DNA of 64,000 nt, taken from positions 6,634,001 to 6,698,000 of the forward strand of contig NC_043017.1 of assembly GCF_006345805.1 (NCBI RefSeq). The letters run 5' to 3'. The notes beneath the pieces were generated by a model. That model did not search any database. It was not told where the DNA came from and was given only the letters and a program-made list of their open reading frames with translations. The DNA is from Octopus sinensis (lineage: Eukaryota). Of the stretch, positions 23,586 through 37,608 are shown one piece after another. The first letter of the stretch is position 1; every line of letters begins with the position of its first letter. The translations under genes were made by a program, and so were the position numbers.

Positions 23586-24337
23586 CTCTATCCATTGCAA
23601 TTCCTCACTGGTGGAACCAACCAAACTCTCCTTTTTTTTGCATAGTGGTAGTGGTAGTGGTGGTGGCAATAGTGATTGTTATGCTAGTTGTAGTGGTGGA
23701 GGTGCTGGTGGTGGTTGCGATGATGATGGTGAAGTGGTATAGGTTGTGGTAGTGAGCGTTTTGGTAGTTGGTAGTACTGGTTATGGTGGTGGTGGTTGTT
23801 GTGATGATGATGATGATGATGATGATGATGACGATGGTAGTATGAGTTAGGGGTTTTGTTAATGGTCATGGTGGTACTGTGATGGTACTTATGTGATGGT
23901 AGTGGTTACAGTGATTGTGGTGTTGGTGGTAGTGGTGGTGGTTGCAGTGATGATGGTGGTGGTGGTGGTGGTGGTGGTGATGGTGATGGTGGTGGTGGTG
24001 TCTGTGGTGGTGGTGGTATTTGTGGTGTCATGGTAGCAGATTAAGGAAGGCCTGAATTTCAAGATGGGTGGGGGTGAAAGACTGATTTCCCCCCACCCAA
24101 GTGCCCTCCCCACCCTACATTCAACGATAAACCATTGCTAACCTATAACCTGGTTAATTTTGTACAGAAACCTTAGCAAATTGGATCAAACTTAGTTGAA
24201 CTCTGTAATAATCAGATCTCACACACACACACCATCACCACCACCATCACCACCACCACCACATCGCCACCTCACCCACCACCAACTGACATCTTCACCT
24301 CTGCCACTATGTCAGAATTTAATCACACCCTCAATCT

Positions 24338-24392
<55 letters not shown>

Positions 24393-24500
24393 ACTCTCTC
24401 TGTAGAGATACACACACCACACACACACACACACGTATGTGTATGTATACGTTTTTACATATGTGTGTGTATATATATATATATATATATACATATACAC

Positions 24501-24547
<47 letters not shown>

Positions 24548-24865
24548 CACGTGTTTGTGTATATATATATACATATACATGTGTGTATATATACGTGTGT
24601 ATATATATATATTTATACAGAGAGAGAAAGAGATAGACAGACAAAGATAGATACATAGCTTGTGTGTGTGTGTGTATTATATATATAATATATATATATT
24701 ATATATGCATATATATATATGTATGTATACTTATATATGTATGTGTATATATATACATATACACGTGTGTGTGTGTATATATATATATATGTATGTATAT
24801 ACACATGTACACACACACACATATATATGTATATGTATATCATCATCATCATCATCATCATATGT

Positions 24866-24908
<43 letters not shown>

Positions 24909-25589
24909 AGCGCACACATTTTATTTTTTTCATCTCATCATCTTATAAAGCTGATGTGCAATGATGAAGAGTTAAGAACCAGTTCGTTGCATTTCACGAT
25001 GCTTTGTGATGCATCCCATTCGCACCACCACCCGACAACAACAAAAAAGAAAAAGACACATAAAATGTCTCCTGTTCTCTCTCTCTCTCACCTTTATTTT
25101 ATTTATTTATTTATTTATTTATTTATTTCTGCATTCGTTTGGTTTGTTCCGTTCAAAACACCTGAGAACAAGATTGGATTTTGGGGCTCACCACAGTAAT
25201 AAAGGGAAACAGGTGGAGGGCAGGTGTAATAAAGGTGGCAGAGGGATGGGTGGATGGATGGGTAAACAGAAAGACACACAGACAGACAGATAGATGCATG
25301 GGTAGATGAGTTATATTTGCCCAAAGCTAAGGTAATTAAGTTAATAATATTCCACTCAAGTTCACAGTATTGAGTACAATTCCTACACTTTATTGCAATT
25401 TCCAGCTGTGTGATAGCACCATCCAGTAGACACATATGCCAGCACATACTTGTATGTGTATATGTGTGTGTATATGAATATATGGCAAATTTAAATGCAT
25501 GCATTTATGTGCATGTATGTGTGTGCGTGTGTGTACACGTGGAGAGAGAGAGAGATATATATACATGTGGGTGTGTATGTGTACCTATA

Positions 25590-25620
<31 letters not shown>

Positions 25621-25766
25621 TCTATTTATGATGCTTATTAGGAACTAATTTATAAATGCTTTTATGTGTATGTATATATATATATATATATGTATGTACA
25701 TGGCCACAGTCAGATGACTGAAACAAGTAAAAGAATATATATGCATGTGTGTGTATGTATATTTTA

Positions 25767-25805
<39 letters not shown>

Positions 25806-26637
25806 TATATATATTATATATGCAGATCAAATGCATTAAAAACAATGTTTAACAAAATATAATATAGACTTTCTCTTATATTTATATATATATATATACA
25901 CACACATATATATGTATAATACATTTATGAAATATGTATAGTATCTAATATGCATATAATACACACATGCACACACACACACACACACATGCACACACAC
26001 ACACATGCATACACACACATACACATGGAAAGTTCCACGGAGTGATGTGATTGAATGAGAATTGGTTTTGTAATGGAATATTTAAATCTGTGGAACTGTA
26101 TAATTTCGGTGTTGGTTTTTTGCTACATTAAAAGAGAAATTCTTCATGAGGGAGGAGCAGAGTGGGGTGGGGTGGGAGATTGAGGTGAGCGATGAAATGA
26201 AAAGGGAGGAGAGGAAAAGAGGGGGAAGAGCAGTGAAACAAATCTTTCATCTCTTTTACAATAAGAAAAGAAGTGAAACACAAAAAAAAATAAACAAATA
26301 TGTCCATTTTTAAATGGATTTTTTTTTTTGGCATTTTGTTGTACATATATAATTTCTATTACTTAGTCAATTATTGTTGTTGCTGTGGTTGGTATCATTA
26401 TTATTATTTTTACTATTATTATTATTATCATTATTATTTTTAATCATTATCATCGTCATCGTTATACTTGCTCATGTCATTATCATTGTTGTTGTTACTA
26501 TTCTCATTATTATTATTATTATTCTCATTATTATTATTATTATTTTGTTAATTAGATTATTGAATCTTTCCACTTTGTTCTGCATTTTTATTTCCTAATT
26601 AATTACACTCACTACAAAAATGATACACACACACGTT

Positions 26638-26707
<70 letters not shown>

Positions 26708-27059
26708 TACATACATACATACATGTAACTTTCTGTACTTCTCCCTCTGTCTGTCCATCAGTTGTCTGAACAATCATCTCTCTACTTACCTGCCTTTCTG
26801 TTCTCTCACTCTCTCTCTCCCTCTCTCTCTCTCTCTCCCTCTCTCTCTCTCTCTCCCTGTGTCTTTGTCTCATTTAGATTACTTATTGTGCATCTGTGTG
26901 TTTAAGTATGTGGGTGTGAGTTTATGCATCATTGTATGTATATGTGTGTATATATATGTGTGTGTATATATATATATGTGTGTATATATATATGTGTGTG
27001 TGTGTGTATATATATATGTATGTATGTATATATGTATATACATACATATATATATATAT

Positions 27060-28127
27060 GTGCATGGATATAATGATATAATGATGATGGTGGTGGTGGT
27101 GGTGGTGGTGGTGGTGGTGGTGGTGATGATGATGATGATGTTGATGATGATGATGATGATGATGATGATGCTTTCTACTATAGGCACAAGGCCTGAAATT
27201 TTGGGGAGGGGCATAGTCGATTACATTGACTCCTAATAATAATGATGATGACGATGATGATGATAAGGAGCTCATTGTATACAGTGCTCATGTGCACTAC
27301 AAATTATGAGAAACAGCAACCAAAACTGTGTGAACAGCTCTTAGAATATGCAGAGGAAATGGGCAGTGAATGAGTTGTTAAGAAAAGGGGGAAGGGGTAG
27401 CATCAGGTGTACTGTTGGTGAATTTCAGGAAGCTTGCTTACCAACCACATGGTTCCAGGTTCAGTTCCACTGTGTGGAACCTTGGGAAAGTGTCTTCTAC
27501 TATAGCCTCGGGTTGACCAAAGCCTTGTGATTGTATTTGGTAGATGGAAACTAAAAGAAGCCCGTCGTATATACATAGGTATATATATATATATATGTGC
27601 ATGGATATAATGATTATGATGATGGTGGTGGTGTGGTGGTGGTGGTGGGGGTGGTGGTGATGATGATGATGATTTGATGATTATGATGATGATGATGATG
27701 ATGATTCTTCTACTATAGCACAAGGCCTGAAATTTTGGGGAGGGGCATAGTCATTACATTGACTCGAATAATAATGATGATGACGATGATGATGATAAGG
27801 AGCTCATTGTATACAGTGCTCATGTGCACTACAATTATGAGAAACAGCAACCAAAACTGTGTGAACAGCTCTTAGAATATGCAGAGGAAATGGGCAGTGA
27901 ATGAGTTGTTAAGAAAAGGGGAATGGGTAGCATCAGGTGTACTGTTGGTGAATTTCAGGAAGCTTGCTTACCAACCACATGTTCCAGGTTCAGTTCACTG
28001 TGTGGAACCTTGGGAAAGTGTCTTCTATCTACTATAGCCTCGGGTTGACCAAAGCCTTGTGATTGTATTTGGTAGATGGAAACTAAAAGAAGCCCGTCGT
28101 ATATACATAGGTATATATATATATATA
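27060..28127 (+). repeat. Tandem duplication, period ~537 bp
   Basis: Units start at 27060 and 27597 and share otherwise unique sequence (aaggagctcattgtatacagtgctcatgtgcactac...). Confidence 0.9.
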
Positions 28128-28284
28128 TGTGTGTGTATGTTTGTGTGTCTGTTTGTCACCTCACCATCGCTGGACAATCGTTTATGGTATGTTTATATGG
28201 AATGTGGATGCAATAAATTGCTTATAATTACTGGTATAATAAGTTATACAGGGAGGAATTAAAACATAATTTTACAGAAGTATA

Positions 28285-28516
28285 TATCTTTTTACTACCC
28301 ACAAGGGGCTAAACACAGAGGGGACTAACAAGGACAGACAAAGGGATTAGGCCGATTGAATCAATCCCAGTGCGTAACTGGTACTTAATTTATCGACCCC
28401 GAAAGGATGAAAGGCAAAGTCGACCTCGGCGGAATTTGAACTTGGAACGTATCGACAGACGAAATACTGCTAAGCGTTTCACCTGGTGCGCTAACGTTTC
28501 TGCCAGCTCGCCACCC
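28285..28516 (-). mobile_element. SINE family B with ~18-bp target-site duplication
   Basis: taattttacagaagtata on both sides (~28267 and ~28517). Confidence 0.85.
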
Positions 28517-28962
28517 TAATTTTACAGAAGTATAGGCTAGGTTAGGGTGTGTCCTTTGCACTCGGGTATCTTTTAGGCCATCGAATATGGTAATTATCAA
28601 TTCTTATTAGGTTTTTTTTCTGTTATTTTCTTTATTCTCTGCAGCCCTAGTGCTGCACTGAGTTCCAATGTCTGCTGTGGTGGGGTTTCTATGGTCAGAT
28701 GCCCTTCCTTATGCCAACCACTTCTCAGTGCATACTGGGTGTGCTTTTCAGAGTTTACTGGGTGTTTTTCATGACACCAACACCAGTGAGGTCACCATGC
28801 CGCTTGAAAGACTACGATTCCCTTCAAGTGAGTGAGGCTACAGTATAGAGTAACAAAGCTTTGTATCAGGAAATGTGTGATAGAAGTGGCCAGAGCAGAA
28901 CAAATCTGTTGCTGCAGAGGGTGGGTGTAACTAAGGTGATTCTGGAAAGAGATGTAAAATAC

Positions 28963-29255
28963 TGTAAGGTATACTAGCCATCTCAATATGGCTAACCACT
29001 AAGGGTGGGTGTTACTGTAGCTTGTAGCCCCAGGAGAACATCGTCTCCAGCTGGCTTTAGGCACACTTTCTGTGCACTTATGGTATTTGCAAAGGGAGGT
29101 CATCCCTCTCTCGTCAGATGACCTCCCTTTGCAAATACCATAAGGGCACAGAAAGTGTGCCTAAAGCCAGCTGGAGACGATCTCCTGGGGCTACAAGCTA
29201 CAGTAACACCCACCCTTAGTGGTTAGCCATGTTGAGATGGCTAGTATACCTTACA
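28963..29255. repeat. Near-perfect ~140-bp-arm inverted repeat (fold-back element)
   Basis: Arms 28963-29104 and 29117-29255, 12-nt loop cctctctcgtca. Same family as 58433-58661. Confidence 0.9.
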
Positions 29256-29342
29256 TTGTCGTGCAGTTACTGTTTACATCTCGTTCAGAGATTTATTATT
29301 GATGTAAAATATTGTTGATTAGATATCACAGTGGACCCTTAA

Positions 29343-29580
29343 CCCTTTCATTACTGTATTTATTTTGAGATGCTCTGTGTTTCTTTCAATTACTTTAAAA
29401 TTACTTTAAATATAACAAAGAATTTAGTAAATTAACTTTGTTATCATTAAGCTAGTGTTAGGAGCATAAATTTTAACCAAGATTTGGTGGAAGATTTGAA
29501 TTCAAAACTTATGAAAACAAGACATTTGTACTAAAAAGCCAGAGCCAGAGCCGGTTTCAGCCAGGTTGGTCACGAAAGGG
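29343..29580. mobile_element. piggyBac-type non-autonomous element
   Basis: TTAA on both sides (29339-29342, 29581-29584); termini CCCTTTC...GAAAGGG. Confidence 0.75.
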
Positions 29581-29879
29581 TTAAAGTACAAGAAGGTAAA
29601 TAAAAATAAATGGGTGCAAAAGAACAAGTCCTGTGTGTAGGTATGCTATCCCTTACTCTACTCATGCACCCCTAATCTGTCCATGTATAAACAGGGATGG
29701 TTGTTATCATTCCAAGTTATATCAATTAGAAATACTCCAGGGGTTAAAGTATAATAGAAAGGGTCAGAGCAGAACAGATTTGTTGCTGTAGAGGAGCTGC
29801 ATCATAGGAAGGTGGGTGGGAGTAACTAGGGTGGTTTTGGAAAGGGATGTAAAATAATAGTGACTAGATAGTCACTATA

Positions 29880-30049
29880 GGCGTAGGAGTGGCTGTGTGG
29901 TAAGTAGCTTGCTTATGAACCACTTGGTTCCGGGTTCAGTCCCACTGCATGGCACCTTGGGCAAGTGTCTTCTACTATAGTCTCGGGTCGACCAAAGCCT
30001 TGTGAATGGGTTTGGTAATGGAAACTGAAGGAAGCTTGTCGTGTATATG

Positions 30050-30119
<70 letters not shown>

Positions 30120-30330
30120 GTGTGTGTGTGTATGTGTTTGTCCCCCCAACATCACTTGACAACCGATGCTGGTGTGTTTACATCCCTGTAACTTAGCGGT
30201 TTGGCAAAAGAGACTGATAAAATAAGTGCTAGGCTGACAAAGAATAAGTCCTGGTGTCGATTTGCTCGACAAAAGGCGGTACTCCAGCATGGCCACAGTC
30301 AAATGACTGAATCAAGTAAGAGTAAAAGAG
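29880..30330 (+). mobile_element. SINE family A (full length)
   Basis: Family A head, internal microsatellite and tail. Confidence 0.85.
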
Positions 30331-31457
30331 ATGTCAGGGTGGACCATCAAGGTAAAAGAAGGCCAAAAGAAGTGAATGGGTACAGAAGAACAGGGAATTT
30401 ATGTGGGTTAACCATCCTTCATTCTGATACATTTACAGAAATGTCAGTTACAATTGGGATGATTGATGCATTCACACATTCCTTAATTGCCATAATATTT
30501 TGTTTTCCTTTTTTTTTAATCAGAAGTTGGAATGGCATACTTTTGTAGCTCTCCAACTTATTTTGGTATTAATTATGTTGATAATTAATTGCACCATTAT
30601 GATTTTTGTCAATGAAAATGATGTCAAGTTCCTTCTGTTCTATTTTGTGGTCTGATAAAATTCCATAATAGTTTCACCTTCTTAGCACACTCTTCACTAT
30701 TGATTTTCTATGCAGCACAAGTCCCTAGGAATCCCCCCGCCTCCCCGTTCATTTTACTTATTTATATTCATTTGTTATTTTCAGTTGTCGTTTAGAACAT
30801 ATTCCTTACAAACTCCCATATCTCTGGAGTTGTTCTCAGATTTTTACAGTAACAGTCGTCCAGACTTCACTGGTGAGGTCTCATAAGACTGAAGCATATC
30901 TGTAGGTGTCACCATACTACCTAAGATCAGACTCACACCGCACTGCATTCTATGTTAATTAATTTAAATGCTAGATTGTCACCTTTTCTGAACCATAATT
31001 AGTCTATTGGATAATGACTTATTGTGATCCATAAGGGTATAATTGCATAATTGATATTATTTAAATTTCACAGTTCAATAGACCCCGTCTTTTACATTAC
31101 ATGACTACACACGCACACATGGAAAACTTCTTTGAAATCTCCTGCTTCAGGATTACAAATTCACATTTTTAACCAATGATAATTGGATCACTTGAATTTG
31201 TGGGTAAACACTTAACTGTCTGGATGAGCTTGGATTTTCAGAAAAAGAAATCAAGCCCCTGATTGACACATTACAAATAGAATCTGTAAGTGGAACAGTA
31301 AAACTCTGCAAGACTTTTCTCAAGTCTAAAATGTGACTTTGTTTTCGTTATCTACCTTCCGACGATGGAGTTTTGTATCTTTGCTAAAAGCCAGCTCCTT
31401 CTTCAAAGAAAGAATTTAAATGATTAAAAATAGAGAGAAACATATATACACATGCAC

Positions 31458-31488
<31 letters not shown>

Positions 31489-31612
31489 TAATATATATCT
31501 ATATATATTATATATATATCTATATATATATATATGTATATAATATATATATATATAATATATATATAGTATATATATATTATATATGTATGTATGTATG
31601 TATATATATATC

Positions 31613-31652
<40 letters not shown>

Positions 31653-31957
31653 TAATATTTGTGTGTGTGGAGGCACAATGGCCCGGTGGTTAGGGCAGCA
31701 GAGTCATGATCATAGGATCGCAGTTTCAATTGCTAGCATGGAAAGCAGACATTAAACAATGATGATGATATATACTCACCCATAGGACTTGGTCTGGGAA
31801 CTGAACCCACAATCTTGCAATTGTGAGTGCACCACCCCAACCACTAGACCATATGTATGTTGTTATTATATGTGTGTATAAAGTTATGTATATATGAATG
31901 TGTTTTGTTATTGTTGCAGCATATATTTATTTCTATTTATATTTGTTGTTTTTGTAG

Positions 31958-32009
31958 CATACCTGATGATTATCCTGCAAACATGCAAAAGAGCAAGATT
32001 GAAAAGCAG
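31958..32009 (+). CDS. TUB: Tubby-family exon (IPDDYPANMQKSKIEKQ)
   Basis: ttgtttttgtag acceptor, CAG|GTAAGT donor; 52 nt, phase 2 to 0. Aligns with the vertebrate TUB N-terminus VLDDEGRNLRQQKLDRQ. Confidence 0.85.
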
Positions 32010-32599
32010 GTAAGTTCAATTGTTCAATGTGTCAGGTGTAAAAGTGTAAAGAACCCCTTCAGGCATGAATAACCTCCGTGGCACAAGTCCGGACAAGTTT
32101 GTTTGATGGAAGTCCAGCAGTCACCCATGCATACCAGCCTCCCCTCTCCACACCACTGATGTTGTCCAAGGGAACGCCAAAGGGGCCGAAACACCTTGGC
32201 CATCACTACTTATTTCTACAGTTGAATGAACTGGTGCAATGGGTAATAAAGTGTCTTGCTCAAGAACGCAACACACAGCCTGGTCTGGGAATTGAACTCA
32301 GGACCTCATGATTGTAAGCCCAATGCTCTAACCACTGAGCCATGTGGCTTCACACCATGTTAGGTGTAAGTTTTTCTTATTTCAGAATTCAGATTCATTC
32401 AAGGTTGTTAAAGTGATACAATAGGATGTGATACGAGGAAGATTTGGCTGTTATTTCATACATGTTCAGTGACTGATTCCCCTCACTGTCTTGTGATATT
32501 GTTCCATGAGAAGAACACTGACTGCTTGACACATTTCTGGGTGCTATGGCTAACATGGCAATCATTTTAACACCAGGCACTGGTGTTAAAACCCTGTCC

Positions 32600-32830
32600 C
32601 CATCCCCTGATGGGAGAAGGATTTACTGAGCTGTTGAAAGCATTTCCACTGAGAGGTGGTCAGCTGAAGACTTGGCTCACGACAGTCAAAGCAGACGTGG
32701 AGATCATTTCTGGCCCTCATGTCTTTGGCACTCATCACTGGAACCGGGAATGGATTCGGCTCATTGCAGAATCGGTCACTGACAGACATGCATGGACAGA
32801 CGTGTGTTGACCTGCGATACAGCGAACTCA
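32600..32830 (+). mobile_element. RTE-clade LINE C-terminal fragment
   Basis: GGQLKTWLTTVKADVEIISGPHVFG..WNREW..DRHAW resembles the RTE ORF end (GGQ.KTW...DR.AW). Confidence 0.65.
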
Positions 32831-33652
32831 ATAGCAACTGGCTTAATACCTCCCTGATGGATGCCGTTACAAGACTGGACAAGAAAGAAGCTTTTCCTAT
32901 GATATACATATGAAAGGGGAGATAAAATGAAATGCCTTGCTGGTAATTTGAAACCCTTGTCTCTGAGACGATAAGCCAATGCCTCTAACCACTTGGCCAT
33001 TTTATTTCTTATAAAAAAGTAGAAAATTAGTCAGGTTGTTTGCATATCGTTTATGCTTTATTCTTGTTTGGTTGGTTGTTTTTGTTAGCAAGGTAAACAG
33101 CCAGGTGTTAAGTAACAAAATTACACACACACACGCACACATATATATACACACATGCACACCTGTATGTGTGTGTGACATGTTTCAACTTGTGGCTTGT
33201 ATTTCAATTTAAAACTCGTTATATGATGGTTGATTAATCAGTTAATTAAAGCATATTTTGTGCGGTGCTTTGCTTTTGTGTAAGCATTCGTGTCGGTCGG
33301 TCGTGTTTTGAGCGTGAGCCTGTGTGGGCGGGTGAACGTACGTGCGTGCTTTTGTTTATATATCTGTGTGTATTCGTGTATATTTAAAACATGTAGATGC
33401 AGATCAGTGTGTGTGTGTGTGTGTGTGTGTTTTCCATTCCTTTCCCTCAACTTAACCATTAAGTTCAAAAGTTTCTTTTTTTTTGTTAGGTTTATTTTTG
33501 TTTTCCTACTCCTTTCTTTGGCATCGTTTCTTTAAATAGATACATTGATGTTAATGGTGGTGGTGGTGGTGGTGGTGGTGGTGGTGGTGGTGGTGGTGGT
33601 GGTGGTGGTGGTGGTGGTGGTGGTGGTTGCTGTGGTGGTAGTGACTACATAT

Positions 33653-33831
33653 TTCGGCTGCCGTTACATTGTGAGTTCAAATTCTGCCGAGGTCGACTTT
33701 GCCTTTGATCCTTTCGGGGTCAATAAATTAAGTACCAGTTACGCACTGGGGTCGATGTAATCGACTTAATCCATTTGTCTGTCCTTGCTTGCCCCCTCTG
33801 TGTTTAGCCCCTTGTGGGTAGTAAAGAAATA
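33653..33831 (+). mobile_element. 5'-truncated SINE B with 16-bp TSD
   Basis: ggtagtgactacatat on both sides (33637 and 33832). An opposite-strand SINE B follows at ~33875-34070. Confidence 0.8.
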
Positions 33832-33838
33832 GGTAGTG

Positions 33839-33875
<37 letters not shown>

Positions 33876-35809
33876 GGGACAAACAAGGACAGACAGAGGG
33901 ATTAAGTTAATTACATCGACCCCAGTGCGAAACTGGTACTTTATTTATCGACCCCAAAAGGATGAAAGGCAAAGTCGACCTCAGCGGAATTTGAATTCAG
34001 AACATGACGGCTGACGAAATACCGCTAAGCATTTCACCCAGCGCGCTAATGTTTCTGCCAGCTCGCCACCTATATATATCTGTGTGTGTCTGTGTGTATG
34101 TATGTATGTGTTTGTGTGTGTGTATCGGTGTTTGTCCCCCAACTATCACTTGACAATCAATGCTGGTATGTTTACATCCCCCATAACTTTGCGGTTCAGC
34201 AAAAAAAAAAAGACTGTTAGAGTAATTACTAGGCTTACAAAGAATAAGTCCTGGGGTTGATTTTCTCGACTAAAGGTAGTGCTCCAGCATGGCTACATTC
34301 AAATGCCTGAAACATATGAAAGAATAAAAGAATAAACAGTTGATTAGTTTGTTGGATATTTAACCAAATTGACTAATAACAAAGGAATCGAATTGAACCA
34401 TTCTTTCTGTTAACAATATTCTTTTCTACTCTGGGCACATGGCCTGAAATTTTGGGGGAGGGGGCCAGTTGATTAGATTGATCCCAGTACTCAACTGGTA
34501 CTTAATTTATCGACTCCTAAAGGATGAAGGGCAAAGTTGACCACAGTGGAATTTTATGAATTCAAATTCGTTTAGTGTCTCTTCGGTGTCATGGACGAGT
34601 GGCAGAGTGTGAGGTGGAGGTGGAGGTGGAGGGAATGGGTGGAATACTGTTTTACTTGTTGTGCGACATGTGTGTGCATGGTTCAAACCCTGTAGGAAGA
34701 TCTGTTAAGATTGTTAGCCATAGGATATGTGAATAATGATTAAAGTACAATTTGCAAGAATAGAGGTGGAAGGGAAAGACGGAGGGGTGGTAGTAGAGGT
34801 GGAAGGAGCAGGACTACTTTTACAGCATCTCAACTGAAATACACACACACACATCATCATCATCACCATCATCATCATCATACTCTGAAGTCTGTTTTCC
34901 ACGCTAGCATGGGTTGGACATGTATATATGTGTGTGTGTGTGTACATATGTATATATGTGTGTGCATATGTATATATATATGTGTGTGTGTGCGTATATG
35001 CATACTGATATGTATATATCATTATGCATATGTGTGTGTGCATATGTATATATGTGTGTGCATGTGTATATATATGTGTATATGTGTGCATATGTATATA
35101 TGTGTACGTGTGCATATGTATATATATATATGTGCATGTATGCATACTGATATGTATGAGTGTTTAAGAAGTTCATTTTGCAACCACATGGTTCCAGGTT
35201 CAGTCCCTTTGCCTGGCACCTTCAGCAAGTGTCATCTACCCAAGATGCCCTATGCTCTGTGAGTGAATTTGGTATATTTTGGTGTATGGAAACTGTGTAG
35301 AAGCCTGTCGTGTATATACATATATATATGTGTGTGTGTGTGTGTATACATTTGGGTAGATTCAGGATGGCACCCTGTGTGACGTGGTTGGCACTCAAAT
35401 TAAAGGTACAGTCCATATGATAGGCTTCCTCCAGTTTCCTTACTTACTGTTTTTCTGGCAAGTTTTGGGTCAGCTCAAGACTGGGTAGAACACAACTGGC
35501 TCTTATGCTGTATGGTGAGATTGAACCTGGAGCCTTCTGATTACCAAGTGAATGTCGCAGCCATTTGGGCATTCACACACATGCACACACACATACTTCT
35601 GTACACACATCCGCATTCACACACAGACACATACATCTACTATACACAAACTCATGCAGATGCAGGTGTATGCACACACACACATACACACACATTCACT
35701 ATCGAACACACACACACACACATTCAGCCTCACCTTTGCACACACACCCACACACACATTCAGCTTCATACACATATAGACATTCAGCCACATCTTCACA
35801 CACATACAC

Positions 35810-36270
35810 CCACACTCATTCTCAGATGCTCACACACACATACACACATATTCAGCCTCACACATACACACATATTCAGCCTCACCTTTACACACATACA
35901 CACGCACTCATTCTCAGACACTCACGCACATACACACACACAGTTATTCTCAGACACTCATGCACACACACACACACACTCATTCTCAGACACTCATGCA
36001 CACACACACACACACTCATTCTCAGACACTCACGCACATATACACACACTCATTCTCAGACACTCACGCACACACACACTCATTCTCAGACACTCACACA
36101 CACACTCACTCATTCTCAGACACTCACGCACACACACACACACACACTCATTCTCAGACACTCACGCACACACACACACACACTCATTCTCAGACACTCA
36201 CGCACACACACACACACACTCATTCTCAGACACTCACGCACACACACACTCATTCTCAGACATTCACATA
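35810..36270. repeat. ~30-bp minisatellite cattctcagacactcacgcacacacacacacact
   Basis: About a dozen units; explains the HT-rich part of ORF 35512-36669. Confidence 0.9.
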
Positions 36271-36468
36271 CATACACACATGTTCAGTCTCACATACACA
36301 CATACACATTCTGTCTCAGACATTCACATGCACACACTCACACACACACATAGATGCAGGCACATGTGCACACACACACTCACACACACACACACACAAA
36401 CGCATACATCCACACGCAATGTAGATTGCACTAATATTCTCCCTTGTTCTCTTCTAATTTGTCTTCAG

Positions 36469-36634
36469 CTCCTTCGAATAAACGAAGAACGGAAATGGAA
36501 GCGCCAGACGCAGGGAATGATGCAGCCGACAGTCGACAGTCGACCGTCTTCGGGGAGGAGAAACCACGAAGAGTCCCGTCCTTTGATGACTGACTCACCT
36601 CTATCGAAACCAACATTAGCAAATTCAAATTATG
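36469..36634 (+). CDS. TUB: Tubby-family exon (LLRINEERKWKRQTQGMMQP...ANSNY)
   Basis: tgtcttcag acceptor, ATG|GTAAAT donor; 166 nt, phase 0 to 1. Similar to TUB [21 protein letters not shown].S.R...EE..PL. Confidence 0.9.
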
Positions 36635-36739
36635 GTAAATCTTCCATCTTGCAGGAATTGTTGGCGTAGTTGTTGTCGTTGTTGTTGTTGTTGTTGTTGC
36701 AGGTTCACTGCGACCCCTGTTTACATTCAAATATATATA

Positions 36740-37143
36740 TCTAATACTAGCAGTATCGCCCGGCATTGCTTGGGTTTGTTTCGACCCTTTAGAATTGGAA
36801 TTTTTGAAAAGTAAAAGTTTTGCATTATGTAGCTTGTTATTCACTTTGAGTGAACATTTTTCTCGTTGAAATACACAAAAAATGGCAACACAGCAGTAAA
36901 AAAATCATTAAAAATAGGGATTTTCATAGAAAAAAAAGCACCTTTTTGATGTAAATAATTTTTGGTGTTAACATGGTCTGATTTGAATTTTTTCTTCTAC
37001 GGAAGAAAGAGCAAGCCTTCTTCTATCATACTCTCAATTTTGGCCGACTTGCGCCGCAGAGTCTCGGAGGAGATAGTGTTAGTTGAAGGCTACAAAAAAC
37101 CTGCCATACACAGACAGCTTCAGCTTTATATAGAGAGAGATAT
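36740..37143 (+). mobile_element. Putative Helitron/Helentron-like non-autonomous element
   Basis: Begins tctaatactagcagtatcgcccggc and ends cagacagcttcagctttatatagagagagat, terminal patterns I associate with this class; not verified. Confidence 0.4.
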
Positions 37144-37318
37144 AAAATCCTTTCTGTCTGTCTGTCTGTTTGTGCACTTATAACTTGAGTGAGGTTCATC
37201 CGATCGTGCTGATAATTTTAAATATGGATAAATGAGAGTGCGGGGCATTCCATATTCTAAAAGGATTTTCAAATTTTTAGTTTCATATATATATATATAT
37301 ATATATATCCAAATTACT

Positions 37319-37454
37319 AACAAGGATATCCAAGGTTGTGTAGTACAATCGTTTCATGCTACTTCATTTTATTAAACAATGTAAGTATTACTTACATTAC
37401 TTACAATGAAGTAGCATGAAACGATTGTACTACACTACCTTGGATATCCTTGTT
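37319..37454. repeat. 50-bp-arm inverted repeat with nested small palindrome
   Basis: 37319-37368 pairs with 37405-37454; the spacer contains aatgtaagta-t-tacttacatt. Confidence 0.85.
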
Positions 37455-37608
37455 GCTTATTTTGATTATACTCACCCCATTTGATTTATATGGATAATAC
37501 CATACTAAATTCTGGTGCCTTTAACTTAAGTACCATATTCATCTGAATCTAAATTTTGCTGAATTTATATATATATATATATAAAAGAATCTATTTGTGT
37601 GTACATGT

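Noticed and set aside
35512-36468. Long HT-rich ORF upstream of the tubby exon
   Set aside because: Minisatellite translation; only 36469-36634 is exon.
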